A stretch of 64,000 bases of DNA from a virus, in IMG/VR virus record IMGVR_UViG_3300021185_002646, positions 16,278 to 80,277 of that record. The stretch is one strand, 5' to 3'. Position 1 is the stretch's first letter. Each line of letters starts with the position of its first letter. A program made the translations under genes and the position numbers. Below, in pieces: positions 28,144 through 37,818 of the stretch. The notes beneath the pieces are model-generated. The model searched no databases, was not told the DNA's origin, and saw only the letters and a program-made list of their open reading frames with translations.

Positions 28144-28353
28144 AAATAATTTTACAATTCTGTAAAAAAGGTATTGACTTAGATATCCGTTTATCGTATA
28201 ATGTATGCATTGTTGTTGGAAATAGTCAATTTCATAAACATAGTATATTACGATTTAGCATAACAACTAAACAGTATATATAAGATAAAAAATAGTTGAC
28301 AGTAATGTGACTATTGTGTTATACTAATAACACTAAAACAAGGAAGAGCGGAT

Positions 28354-28584
28354 ATGATTAGTAGTAGACAAATTGTGGAAATCATCAAAGATGAAATGAA
28401 CAGAGAAGAAAACAGCCAAGAGATCCGTATGGCACTGAAAAAAGTTAAGGAACGTATTGAAATTTTGGAAGAAATTGATTATGTGAATACTGTTAAATCG
28501 CCTATGTATAATGAAGAACAGGTGAAGCAACAAAGTAAAGCAAAAGCAAAAGCAACTGAAGAATTTGAGAAATTTTTTAAATAA
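28354..28584 (+). CDS. Hypothetical protein
   Basis: 76 aa ORF after a sigma70 promoter at 28296. Confidence 0.7.
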   Translation: MISSRQIVEIIKDEMNREENSQEIRMALKKVKERIEILEEIDYVNTVKSPMYNEEQVKQQSKAKAKATEEFEKFFK

Positions 28585-28754
28585 TGACAGAGTTTAGCGA
28601 GATAACTAATAAAATTGAAGTATCACAAGAATTAATAGAGGTGTTCAAAAGCCGTATCAAGCCAAGTGCTACTGGACACCTTTATACTACAATTAGTACG
28701 CTCGAACAATATATAACAGAACTTGAAAAACAACTAGACGCAATAGAGAAGTAA
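28584..28754 (+). CDS. Small hypothetical protein (56 aa), not in ORF track
   Basis: TAATG overlap; ...PSATGHLYTTISTLE... Confidence 0.6.
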   Translation: MTEFSEITNKIEVSQELIEVFKSRIKPSATGHLYTTISTLEQYITELEKQLDAIEK

Positions 28755-28755
28755 A

Positions 28756-29061
28756 ATGCGATTCAAAGACATAAAAATGTTAGACCAAGGTAAGCCTCAC
28801 GTAAATGGTAAGCAGGCAATTATTGACTTTGGCAAATATAAACTAAGCATAATCTGTAATGACATGTCATATGGTGGCAAATCAGGCATGTACGAAGTAG
28901 GTGTGTTTAAAGACTGGGGAACAGAAGAAGAAAAACTATGTGAACTCCCAGGTATCACAACAGAAGGCGACACAGTCGCTGGATATCTAACTGCATCAAA
29001 TCTAGATGCAATACTCCAAAAAATGTATTTAATTACAGCAGAGGAACCAATACAAATTTAA
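28756..29061 (+). CDS. Conserved phage hypothetical protein
   Basis: SYGGKSGMYEVGVF, DTVAGYL. Confidence 0.7.
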   Translation: MRFKDIKMLDQGKPHVNGKQAIIDFGKYKLSIICNDMSYGGKSGMYEVGVFKDWGTEEEKLCELPGITTEGDTVAGYLTASNLDAILQKMYLITAEEPIQI

Positions 29062-29070
29062 ACAGTTTTG

Positions 29071-29147
29071 GTCTCCTTAGCTCAGCTGGATAGAGCAACG
29101 GCCTTCTAAGCCGTAGGTCGAGGGTTCGAATCCTTCAGGGGACGCCA
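29071..29147 (+). tRNA. tRNA-Arg(TCT)
   Basis: Loop CTTCTAA, CCA. Confidence 0.95.
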
Positions 29148-29149
29148 AT

Positions 29150-29234
29150 GCTCGCATGATGGAATTGGTAGACATAACAGACTTAAAATCTGTGGCCATA
29201 TGGCGTCCCGGTTCGAGTCCGGGTGCGAGTACCA
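29150..29234 (+). tRNA. tRNA-Leu(TAA)
   Basis: Loop CTTAAAA, long variable arm, CCA. Confidence 0.95.
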
Positions 29235-29239
29235 AATAT

Positions 29240-29314
29240 ATAGGTGTAGTGTTAATGGTAGCACGTTGGATTCCAAATCCAAAAGTCAGGGTTCAAATCC
29301 TTGCACCTATGCCA
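29240..29314 (+). tRNA. tRNA-Trp(CCA)
   Basis: Loop TTCCAAA, GCCA end. Confidence 0.93.
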
Positions 29315-29319
29315 AATAT

Positions 29320-29396
29320 ACTCTTGTAGCATAGCGGTCTAATGCCACCCGCTCATAACGGGTCGATCACAGGTTCGAATCCTGTCGGGAGTACCA
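29320..29396 (+). tRNA. tRNA with CAT anticodon (Ile2 or elongator Met, not initiator)
   Basis: ACCCG-CTCATAA-CGGGT; paired 1:72; lacks the initiator GGG/CCC stem. Confidence 0.88.
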
Positions 29397-29411
29397 AGAA
29401 AGAAAAAGGAA

Positions 29412-29486
29412 TGGAAAGTAGCATAACGGTAATGCAGTTGTTTTTGGTACAAAAGATTATAGGTTCGAATCCTATCTTTCCAGCCA
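29412..29486 (+). tRNA. tRNA-Gln(TTG)
   Basis: U1:A72, loop TTTTGGT, GCCA end. Confidence 0.88.
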
Positions 29487-29501
29487 ATAAAAGGATAGTC
29501 A

Positions 29502-29930
29502 ATGTATAAAGTAACAGCATGGTTTAAAGATAAAAAAATATCACAAGAATTTCACAATGTACTTGATGCTATTGAATATAGAGATGATGTGGACGCACAT
29601 TATCCAACAAAGGTAATATTTAGAAAGGTAATATCAATGAGAGAATTTATTTACAACAGTTGGAACGTAGTTATGGATCATGAAAAGAATCCACTATGTA
29701 ACATTCCAGATTTCAGCACACGGCACATGATTATGCAAGTATTAGCATGGATGTGGTGTATTGTATTTGCTATTATTGTAGGTAGCATGTGGGCAGGAGT
29801 GTTTAGTATGATGCTACACACACTATTGCTTGGTGCAATTGCAATTACAGTAGCAACATTTGAAACTGCCAAACGTAAGCCACAATATTTTGGTGGATAT
29901 GGTCGCGGTAACGGTGGCGAACATGAATGA
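29502..29930 (+). CDS. Membrane protein (possible internal start at 29637)
   Basis: NPL.NIPD..RHMIMQVLAWMWC with TM helices. Confidence 0.7.
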   Translation: MYKVTAWFKDKKISQEFHNVLDAIEYRDDVDAHYPTKVIFRKVISMREFIYNSWNVVMDHEKNPLCNIPDFSTRHMIMQVLAWMWCIVFAIIVGSMWAGVFSMMLHTLLLGAIAITVATFETAKRKPQYFGGYGRGNGGEHE

Positions 29931-29980
29931 TAAATAACTATCAAAAAAGATTACATTAGTAATATCAACGATGGAGGGTT

Positions 29981-30124
29981 ATGAAATTATACAAAAATTT
30001 TATAGCACACGAATCACAACCAAAAAAGACAAGTATAGGAAACACACATTCACGAACAAAATTCAGTTCTATGAACAAAAGCAAAAAACGTTCTTATAAA
30101 AAATATAAAGGACAAGGTAAGTAA
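29981..30124 (+). CDS. Small basic protein (47 aa, KKTSIG...MNKSKKRSYKKYKGQGK), not in ORF track
   Basis: GGAGG SD, ATG start. Confidence 0.7.
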   Translation: MKLYKNFIAHESQPKKTSIGNTHSRTKFSSMNKSKKRSYKKYKGQGK

Positions 30125-30126
30125 TT

Positions 30127-30327
30127 ATGGGATTTAAACCAGCAACAAAGGTACAAAAGCCATTAAACCTTAAACGTTCTTTAAATGGAATTGAAATAAA
30201 GCCAACACTATTCATATCAAAAAATGGTAAAAAGAAGATGGCTGGAAGTATAGATGGTGAAATAATTGTGGATAAAGATGGTAAAGTACTATCTTTACAA
30301 CATATAAAGCACAACGGAATACTTTGA
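30127..30327 (+). CDS. Hypothetical protein
   Basis: 66 aa ORF. Confidence 0.65.
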   Translation: MGFKPATKVQKPLNLKRSLNGIEIKPTLFISKNGKKKMAGSIDGEIIVDKDGKVLSLQHIKHNGIL

Positions 30328-30467
30328 TAAATACTTGACACAAGTATAATTCCAGTGTAAACTAATAAATAATATAGTAATATCACTAGGAGATTCCTAT
30401 GAATCTGCTATATTACAATGTGAGAAGATTCTCACAATAGACTATATAATATAAAAAGGAGATCAAT

Positions 30468-30635
30468 ATGATTGAATGGATTAAAGATAGACTAAGCGAA
30501 CGTACATCTTGGGATGGCGGCGCTCTAATTGCCGTAGGAGTTATTACACTTTTCTTTAGTGCAATTATTCCAGTAAACTTATTAGCCTGGGCAGCCATTG
30601 TATATGGTGCTTGGACATTGTTGAAAAGCGAATAA
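30468..30635 (+). CDS. Small 2-TM protein, holin candidate (55 aa, MIEWIKDRLSERTSWDG...), not in ORF track
   Basis: AAGGAG SD; immediately upstream of the endolysin. Confidence 0.6.
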   Translation: MIEWIKDRLSERTSWDGGALIAVGVITLFFSAIIPVNLLAWAAIVYGAWTLLKSE

Positions 30636-30640
30636 GTTAA

Positions 30641-31468
30641 ATGCAATTTGATTTTAAAGTAGAGCAAGTCGCAGAACTATTGCCACGTGTTAATGGCCTT
30701 TTATGGCATGATGCAATGCAGAGAGTTTTGCCCAAATGGAATATCAATACTGTTGAAAGAGTTGCAGGGTTTATAGCCCAAACGGCTCACGAATCAGGTG
30801 GATATACCGTTCTAACTGAGAATCTAAATTACAGTGCCGAAGCACTGGATAAGATTTTTCCAAAGTATTTTAAACGAGCAGGACGAAATGCAAAAGATTA
30901 TCATAGGCAACCTGAGAAGATTGCAAATGTAATTTATGCAGGTCGTATGGATAATGGTGATACAGATAGTGGAGATGGCTGGCGCTTTCGAGGTGGCGGC
31001 ATTCTTCAGTTAACTGGTCGCTATAATTATACACAATTTGGTAAAGCAGAAGATATGAGTGCAGAAGAGGCCACAGAGTTTGTTCGCAGTCCTATTGGAG
31101 CGTTAGCAAGTGCATGCTGGTTTTGGAATACAAATAACATTAATAAGTACTGTGATGCCCAAGATATTGTTGGGATGACAAAACGTATTAATGGGGGAAC
31201 TATTGGACTAGAAGATCGCAAAAAACATTACGCACATGCGTTAGAAGTGTTAGGTGGACATTATACTCCACGTGAAACTTATGAAACTGTGCGTGTTGGA
31301 TCTCGAGGTTCAACAGTTGCAAAATTACAAGAAGCACTAGGAATTGGTGCAGACGGTATTTTTGGTAAAGGTACAGAAGCATCACTTAAAGAGTGGCAAA
31401 GCTCAAAAGGCCTAGTTGCTGACGGTGTTGCTGGTCCTAACACATTAGGAATCTTATTTAAAGAGTAA
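30641..31468 (+). CDS. GH19 endolysin with C-terminal peptidoglycan-binding domain
   Basis: FIAQTAHESGG, ENLNYS, DGWRFRGGG..QLTGRYNY, TKRINGG; DGIFG.GT/DGVAGPNT repeats. Confidence 0.92.
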   Translation: MQFDFKVEQVAELLPRVNGLLWHDAMQRVLPKWNINTVERVAGFIAQTAHESGGYTVLTENLNYSAEALDKIFPKYFKRAGRNAKDYHRQPEKIANVIYAGRMDNGDTDSGDGWRFRGGGILQLTGRYNYTQFGKAEDMSAEEATEFVRSPIGALASACWFWNTNNINKYCDAQDIVGMTKRINGGTIGLEDRKKHYAHALEVLGGHYTPRETYETVRVGSRGSTVAKLQEALGIGADGIFGKGTEASLKEWQSSKGLVADGVAGPNTLGILFKE

Positions 31469-32703
31469 TGGAAAAGAACACTACGCCTATTAATAAACAT
31501 AGTGATACATGGTGTCCAATTCCATTTAATGCTATTAGCTTTCATCCTACAGGAAGATTAACTCGTTGCATGATGAGTGAAACTGCAATGGGTGAAAGCT
31601 ATGATAGTGAAGAATTACAAGCCTTACGTCAAGATATGCTTGACGGCAAGTGGGATAAAGAAGGTTGTGAAACTTGTTACAAGAAAGAACAACATGGAAA
31701 TATTAGCCAAAGACAGAAATGGCTATTAAAAGATCCAAATAAATTTAAAAACCAAGACGGATATAACAATCCACAAGTAACAGGTAATCCTGTAAATCAC
31801 ATGTTCATTAATTACAGTAATATCTGTAATTTTAAATGCAGAATGTGTAGTCCTTTATACAGTAACGGTCTTATACCAGAATTTAAGCGTCTAGCATCAT
31901 TAAATATAGTTCCTAACAAATATGATCAAAATCCTGGTGTTAAGAATATAAATTCTACCAACAGTTATTTAAAAAACAATCCAAGTAAATTAGATAGTGT
32001 AACAAGTATCTGGATTACAGGCGGAGAGCCGTTTATGGATAATAGTGTTTATGACCTCATGGATATATTAGATGAAAATGATAGATCACGAGAAGTAGAC
32101 ATGTGTGTTACTACAAATGGTTCAAAGGTTGATCTTAATAAATTACAAAGATGTGAAACATTAGATAATTTTATACTTGATTTAAGTCTTGATGCTCCTA
32201 ATCATATGTTTGAATATATGCGTAGTGCAGGTGCATTTACTTGGACTGAAATGGAAAGATTATTAGACGAGTTAAAATATTTTAGAGAGTTAAATAGTAG
32301 TTGGTTTAAATTGCATTTAAATTCTAGCATACAAGCATATAACTTTGATACTATATTAGATTTTGATAAATTATGTAACGAACACAACACTAGTAACAAT
32401 TCAAGACAACTAGTAAACCCAAGAGAATTTAGAACTGATGTATTACCAATGGAAATGCGACAGGCAGAAGTAGAAAAATTAGAAAAATACAATGTGAATA
32501 ATGATGTAAATTCTGCAAGATTAAAAAGAACATTAGAAGATGCACGTTTAAATTTATTAAAGCCACAGGCAGATATAGAACAGATTAAAAAGTTTGTAAG
32601 AAGAACAGTAGAAACAGACAAGTATAGAAATATGCATTTGTATGATTATCATAAAGAATTAGGTGACTGGGTTTATAGCACTTATAACAAATACTTTTCT
32701 TGA
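31468..32703 (+). CDS. Radical SAM protein with N-terminal twitch/SPASM-like domain
   Basis: CNFKCRMC, TGGEPF, TTNGS. Confidence 0.9.
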   Translation: MEKNTTPINKHSDTWCPIPFNAISFHPTGRLTRCMMSETAMGESYDSEELQALRQDMLDGKWDKEGCETCYKKEQHGNISQRQKWLLKDPNKFKNQDGYNNPQVTGNPVNHMFINYSNICNFKCRMCSPLYSNGLIPEFKRLASLNIVPNKYDQNPGVKNINSTNSYLKNNPSKLDSVTSIWITGGEPFMDNSVYDLMDILDENDRSREVDMCVTTNGSKVDLNKLQRCETLDNFILDLSLDAPNHMFEYMRSAGAFTWTEMERLLDELKYFRELNSSWFKLHLNSSIQAYNFDTILDFDKLCNEHNTSNNSRQLVNPREFRTDVLPMEMRQAEVEKLEKYNVNNDVNSARLKRTLEDARLNLLKPQADIEQIKKFVRRTVETDKYRNMHLYDYHKELGDWVYSTYNKYFS

Positions 32704-32760
32704 CAAATAGCATAATTTACGCTATAATATAAAAACAATAGATTTACTTTGGAGCGTAAA

Positions 32761-33201
32761 ATGTCAATGCATCTTCTAGGACCAGAAATGTCCACTACTC
32801 AATACAGTCGTAAGAAAAACAAAAAACCAATGACTGTAGCCAAACTAGAAAAACTAAAAGTACAATGGCGACAACATAACAAAGAATGTCGTAGAAAACA
32901 TATTCATGCCGCACAGTTTGAGAAGTTTGAAGACTATGTTGCATATGTAAGTGGAACATACAAAGCACCAAAACGAGATTACAAGCCTGCTCCATATCAA
33001 CCCCCACAACTTAATAGAGAAACACCAGATTATCCTAGCCTTAGTAATAATATTGGCGGGTCAACTGCAAAGAAAGAATCTATGAAATATACAGGTGAGC
33101 GTAAACTTGTAGGTATTGCTACAATGCACAAAAGTAACATGGTTCCTATTTTTGAAGATAATAAAGAAGAAGCAATTGAGATTGCACGTATGAGACGTTA
33201 A
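32761..33201 (+). CDS. Conserved T4-like phage hypothetical protein
   Basis: GIATMHKSNMVPIF...IARMRR; sigma70 promoter 32700-32728. Confidence 0.75.
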   Translation: MSMHLLGPEMSTTQYSRKKNKKPMTVAKLEKLKVQWRQHNKECRRKHIHAAQFEKFEDYVAYVSGTYKAPKRDYKPAPYQPPQLNRETPDYPSLSNNIGGSTAKKESMKYTGERKLVGIATMHKSNMVPIFEDNKEEAIEIARMRR

Positions 33202-33500
33202 TGACAAAAGTTTGGAGTGTAACTATCAAAGGAAAAAATGATACAGTTGTAATGACTGATGAACAAGCAATGATAGTTAAAATGAAGTTTATGCCAGACA
33301 TTGATATACACGATTTAACTACACTACATGGACTAACACCAGAATACTTACACAAAATAGAACGAAATAAATCTTTTGAAGGCGAAGATAAAAGTCTACT
33401 TTGGATGAAAAACAGTTTAGAAATGGGCGTATATGGCGGCTGGCCAGGCGAATTTGAGAAAGCAGTTTGGGAATATCAAGACCTAATTGACATGAAATAG
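33201..33500 (+). CDS. Hypothetical protein
   Basis: 99 aa ORF, TAATG overlap. Confidence 0.65.
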   Translation: MTKVWSVTIKGKNDTVVMTDEQAMIVKMKFMPDIDIHDLTTLHGLTPEYLHKIERNKSFEGEDKSLLWMKNSLEMGVYGGWPGEFEKAVWEYQDLIDMK

Positions 33501-33501
33501 G

Positions 33502-33530
33502 TTGACAAAAGCAAGAACTCTTGCTATAAT
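33502..33530 (+). promoter_or_regulatory. sigma70 promoter with palindromic spacer
   Basis: TTGACA-17-TATAAT containing AGCAAGA-AC-TCTTGCT. Confidence 0.8.
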
Positions 33531-33539
33531 ATACACATA

Positions 33540-34145
33540 ATGTTAGAAAAAAGAGGAATAAAGTTGGAAGATAAAATCATACTTACAGATTGCGATGGTG
33601 TACTACTTGATTGGGAAAGTGCGTTTCATAAATGGATGGAATCACATGGACATGTTAAAGTAGCACATGGAATGTACGATATAAGTCAGCAGTATGGGTT
33701 TGAGAAAGCTCAAGGTAAACAACTAATTAAAATATTTAATGAAAGTGCTTGGATGGGCTATTTAAAAGCGTTCCGTGATGCACGAAGTGGTGTTGCTAAA
33801 CTATATGAACACGGATATCGTTTTCATTGTATTACTAGTTTAAGTTTGGATAAGAAAGCAATACGTTTGCGAAAGTACAACTTAGAGAATGTATTTGGTA
33901 AAGGTACATTTAAAGAAGTACTATGTTTGGATACTGGTGCAGACAAAGACGAAGCATTGGCACCATATGTTGGAAGTGATGCATTTTGGATCGAGGACAA
34001 ACTCGAAAATGCAGAGTGTGGGGCTAAGTTAGGATTAAAAAGTATTCTACTAAAACACGATCATAACAAAGATGAAGTCTTAATGGACGGAATAAAAATG
34101 GCAGGCAATTGGGCCGATATAGTTGACATGATTGTCAACAGTTAA
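33540..34145 (+). CDS. HAD-family phosphatase (T4 gp30.2-like)
   Basis: LTDCDGVLLDW, WIEDK. Confidence 0.8.
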   Translation: MLEKRGIKLEDKIILTDCDGVLLDWESAFHKWMESHGHVKVAHGMYDISQQYGFEKAQGKQLIKIFNESAWMGYLKAFRDARSGVAKLYEHGYRFHCITSLSLDKKAIRLRKYNLENVFGKGTFKEVLCLDTGADKDEALAPYVGSDAFWIEDKLENAECGAKLGLKSILLKHDHNKDEVLMDGIKMAGNWADIVDMIVNS

Positions 34146-34146
34146 T

Positions 34147-34881
34147 TTATTCTTCGTCTCCGTAAATAGTTAGAACTTCAGTAACAGCGACATGTCGTTC
34201 AACATCACCTTTGGTAAAGCTGACAACTCCAATTATATCACTACCTCTTTGTTCTAGTAGTTTTACGAAATTTTTAAGACCGTTGTCTTCGAATCCACGG
34301 TCGTGTTGTGCTAAGTCTCCTGTTACAATAATTTTAGAATTCTCGCCAATGCGTGTTAATAACATCTTCATTTGAGATGGTGTCGCATTTTGCATTTCGT
34401 CTGCTATAATCCAAGAATTCTTAAAAGTTCTACCACGCATGTATGCCAGTGGTGCAATCTCAATAATGTTCTCATTAATCATATGTTCGATTGTGCTTGG
34501 TGACCAATATTCTTCCATTACGTCAAATATAGGTCTTGTCCATGGTGCCATTTTTTCTACTAGTGTTCCTGGTAGAAATCCATGTTGTTCATCAACACTG
34601 ACAGCAGGTCGTGTAATTACAATTTTACTACATAAGTTTGAATTGTATGCGTCGATAGCCGCTAACACGCCTAGCAATGTTTTACCTGTACCAGCAGGTC
34701 CCATTGCAAACACAATGTTACGTTTTTCATCGTCAAGAAGCTCTACATAATCTTCTTGTGCGAGATTACGTGGAACAATTTGTACATGTCTTTTTCTGTG
34801 TGCGTTGAGTTGGACTATCTTATCCTGTGAATGTTCTTGTTGATATTGTTGTTTTTTTGTTTTTCGAGCTCGTTTAGCCAT
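34147..34881 (-). CDS. phoH: PhoH-like ATPase
   Basis: GPAGTGKT, GFLPG, LAYMRGRTF, DEMQN, TRIGE, GDLAQHD. Confidence 0.95.
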   Translation of the reverse strand: MAKRARKTKKQQYQQEHSQDKIVQLNAHRKRHVQIVPRNLAQEDYVELLDDEKRNIVFAMGPAGTGKTLLGVLAAIDAYNSNLCSKIVITRPAVSVDEQHGFLPGTLVEKMAPWTRPIFDVMEEYWSPSTIEHMINENIIEIAPLAYMRGRTFKNSWIIADEMQNATPSQMKMLLTRIGENSKIIVTGDLAQHDRGFEDNGLKNFVKLLEQRGSDIIGVVSFTKGDVERHVAVTEVLTIYGDEE

Positions 34882-35031
34882 GTGTTCTCCTATTTGGATG
34901 CTTGGGCCCTTTACTGCCTGCTCATAAGTATTTAATAATATATGGTATAAGTTAACTTAGTACTAAAAGAATAAAATAGTTGACACTACGAACCAACTGT
35001 CATAAATAAGTATATATTAAAGGAATTCACA

Positions 35032-35562
35032 ATGGATCAAAATTATATTTTAAACAACCTAAGAGCAAACACTAGTAGAGATAGTGCATTAGAAACACTA
35101 ATGGACTTTGAACGTGTAATGGATACTGCTAACATTTATGCATACAAAAACTGGATGGAAGGCGAAATTGTCGAAGGTCCACATATTGATAGATATTGGG
35201 TAACAGTAACATTAATGTATCATCAAGCACAAATGCCAGATCCAGAAGGTGCAATGCGTTTAACAAAAAATGGTTGTAAAGTATATTTTGCAGAAGAAGA
35301 ATACATTACGGCAGCTAAATTAAAAAGTCCAGACGACAGTGAAGGACAAGACAATGCGGACGGTAAAAGACCAGGTCAATCACGTGCTAAAAGAGTTATT
35401 AAGCCTGTTTGGCTAGTAACAATAGTAATGCCTAGAAAATACATGGACGATGTAGAGTCTAGCAAATTACGTGTAGATGACCAAGACATAAACAGCGGTG
35501 CAGTAGAACAAGCATACACAGATGAAATATCAGCAGACAAAGAACCAGGATTAGACTTATGA
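35032..35562 (+). CDS. Conserved hypothetical phage protein
   Basis: DFERV.D...YAYKNW..GE, MPDP.GA.RL; late promoter upstream. Confidence 0.75.
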   Translation: MDQNYILNNLRANTSRDSALETLMDFERVMDTANIYAYKNWMEGEIVEGPHIDRYWVTVTLMYHQAQMPDPEGAMRLTKNGCKVYFAEEEYITAAKLKSPDDSEGQDNADGKRPGQSRAKRVIKPVWLVTIVMPRKYMDDVESSKLRVDDQDINSGAVEQAYTDEISADKEPGLDL

Positions 35563-36026
35563 GCATACAACAAAACGACTTAATTGACTTAATACAATCA
35601 ACATTTAGTGTTGATCAATACAAAAGCAAAGTAGGTGATGATAAAAATGTTGTTGTAGTTGCATTTGATATTAAAGACGGTGATCCTGCTAAAGATTTAA
35701 GTCAATTTATTGAATCAGGACATGACACTATTGATGTAGATGTGTCACCAGGTCCAGACAAAGAAGGAAACTATAAAGTATTTGTTGAGTTAGAAAGAAA
35801 TAGTAAATTGTTTGAAACAATTGATGCTATACTAAAAGATATAACTCGTGTAGATGAATCAGCAAATAGTTTTATGTTTAATGCATATAAAAGTGACATG
35901 CCAGCAAAATGGAGTAAAGAAAACTTTGAAGAAAGTGTTTACACAAGCAGTTACGATTACACAATTGCTACTGATCCAGAAGCACATGCTATAACAGAAC
36001 GCATTAAATTCTTAAACAAGTATTAA
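35559..36026 (+). CDS. Conserved hypothetical phage protein
   Basis: [14 protein letters not shown]....YKVFVE. Confidence 0.75.
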   Translation: MSIQQNDLIDLIQSTFSVDQYKSKVGDDKNVVVVAFDIKDGDPAKDLSQFIESGHDTIDVDVSPGPDKEGNYKVFVELERNSKLFETIDAILKDITRVDESANSFMFNAYKSDMPAKWSKENFEESVYTSSYDYTIATDPEAHAITERIKFLNKY

Positions 36027-36244
36027 TGGCGAAACAAGAAGCAGTTAAATTACAAGGAACAGTTTTAGATTCGCTACCAGGTGCTTTTTTCAAAATAGAA
36101 CTAGAAAACGGGCACATTGTCACTGGTATTATCAGTGGGAAGATAAGAAAAAACAGAATCAGGGTTTTACCCGGAGATAAAGTTGACGTAGAAATGTCAC
36201 CATACGATTTAGAAAAAGGTCGTATAACATTTAGGTACAAATAA
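36026..36244 (+). CDS. infA: Translation initiation factor IF-1
   Basis: LENGH...[33 protein letters not shown]. Confidence 0.96.
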   Translation: MAKQEAVKLQGTVLDSLPGAFFKIELENGHIVTGIISGKIRKNRIRVLPGDKVDVEMSPYDLEKGRITFRYK

Positions 36245-36245
36245 A

Positions 36246-36722
36246 ATGTTTATATTAGGAAAACTTAAGACATATTTAATCCTTGCAGCCGTATTGGGTG
36301 CAGTAGGATTTGGTGCGTGGAAATATTATACATACACACAAGAACAAATTCGTGTATATGCCACAAACGCCGCAACTGCCGAACAGGCAGTAGAGTCAAC
36401 ACAAGCCGCACTTGACTCAGTACAAAAAGATTTAGAACAAGTGCAGAAACAATTTAATGAGGTGACAGAAGAGTTCGGTAATGCTCAAAAACGTGTCGAT
36501 ACACTAGAAGAAAAATTGAGCGAACACGACTTAGGTCAACTTGCACAAGCCAGACCTGGATTAGTTGAAAAAATAATCAACAGTGCCAGCAACGAAGTAG
36601 GCAGGTGTATGGAGATACTAAGTGGATCACCATTAACGGAGAAGGAAATAAATGCAACAAAGCCATCAAAAATCAACAGTGAGTGTCCTGATATTGCTAA
36701 CCCTAACTATGTTCCTAGGTAG
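36246..36722 (+). CDS. Inner-membrane spanin (Rz-like)
   Basis: N-terminal TM, coiled coil, C-terminal Cys residues; overlaps a lipoprotein gene. Confidence 0.7.
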   Translation: MFILGKLKTYLILAAVLGAVGFGAWKYYTYTQEQIRVYATNAATAEQAVESTQAALDSVQKDLEQVQKQFNEVTEEFGNAQKRVDTLEEKLSEHDLGQLAQARPGLVEKIINSASNEVGRCMEILSGSPLTEKEINATKPSKINSECPDIANPNYVPR

Positions 36723-37101
36723 TTGTTCTACTTTAACACCAAACGTAGTTTCATACAAATCAGAACCAATTGAAAAACCAGCATTAGTACTACCTGACAC
36801 ATCTGTGTTGGAATTAAGAAATTCAGACTGGAATATCATTACACCAGAAGAACTCAATGGTATATTTGATAAACTAAAAAAAGACGGTGAACCTGTAGTT
36901 ATATATGCATTAACTACTGAAGGGTATTCACAACTTTCTTTGAATTTTGCTGATATACTTAAATTAGTATCACAACAAAAAGCAATAATCGAAGCATACA
37001 AAGAATATTACGAACAAACAGAAAAAAATATCAATGAACACAACAGTAAAGCAAATACTCCTGTCGAAAGTTCAGAATCACTTCTCGACAAAATCTTTTA
37101 A
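36652..37101 (+). CDS. Outer-membrane lipoprotein spanin (Rz1-like)
   Basis: Lipobox LGSC; overlaps the i-spanin in another frame. Confidence 0.7.
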   Translation: MQQSHQKSTVSVLILLTLTMFLGSCSTLTPNVVSYKSEPIEKPALVLPDTSVLELRNSDWNIITPEELNGIFDKLKKDGEPVVIYALTTEGYSQLSLNFADILKLVSQQKAIIEAYKEYYEQTEKNINEHNSKANTPVESSESLLDKIF

Positions 37102-37146
37102 AAACACTAGCGTTTAAGGCTCTTCGTTATGTCAATAAATACTACG

Positions 37147-37818
37147 ATGAAGAAGTTTAAAAACCCTTGGTTTATTCTTGGCCTAGAACCAGGTGCTACT
37201 TTAAAAGAGGTCAAACTAGCATATAAAAGATTAGCTCTTAAAAATCATCCTGATAAGGGCGGTACTATTGCTGACTGGCTTTCTATAAGTGATGCATATG
37301 AATCTATAACAGAAAAGAAACATATACCTATAGTAAAGTCAACAGATACACAAATGATAGATTTGCCACTTACTATTGAACAACAGATTAATGGAGTTAA
37401 CGATTATGTTGAAATTGACGATTTATACTTAAAAGTAAATATTCCACCCGGTGTTTTAGCAGGTGATAAGTTTAAAATAACTGATAAGCGAAAAAAATAT
37501 ATAATAAATGTGAAAGAAAAGGCAAATAAAGTCTTTACAAGATCAGGAAATAATATTATAATGTATAAGACTTTAGACGTTATTGATGTAATGAAACTGA
37601 ATTCGTTTATGATTATTACACCAACAGGAGAACGAGCTGAAATACAAATACCACCAGATACAGTAACAGGTAGTATTATTGTATTAAAGGGACACGGTCT
37701 TTTGAATAGAAAGAGTAAAAGAAAGGGAAATTTAAGGATACATATTAAGGTATCCATACCATACTTAAATAGTACTAACATGGAAGAATTTATAACGAGG
37801 TTAAGGACAAATGACTGA
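37147..37818 (+). CDS. DnaJ-class co-chaperone (CbpA-like)
   Basis: J-domain HPDKGG, C-terminal LKGHGL...GNL; start placed at ATG 37147 behind TAAATA. Confidence 0.88.
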   Translation: MKKFKNPWFILGLEPGATLKEVKLAYKRLALKNHPDKGGTIADWLSISDAYESITEKKHIPIVKSTDTQMIDLPLTIEQQINGVNDYVEIDDLYLKVNIPPGVLAGDKFKITDKRKKYIINVKEKANKVFTRSGNNIIMYKTLDVIDVMKLNSFMIITPTGERAEIQIPPDTVTGSIIVLKGHGLLNRKSKRKGNLRIHIKVSIPYLNSTNMEEFITRLRTND

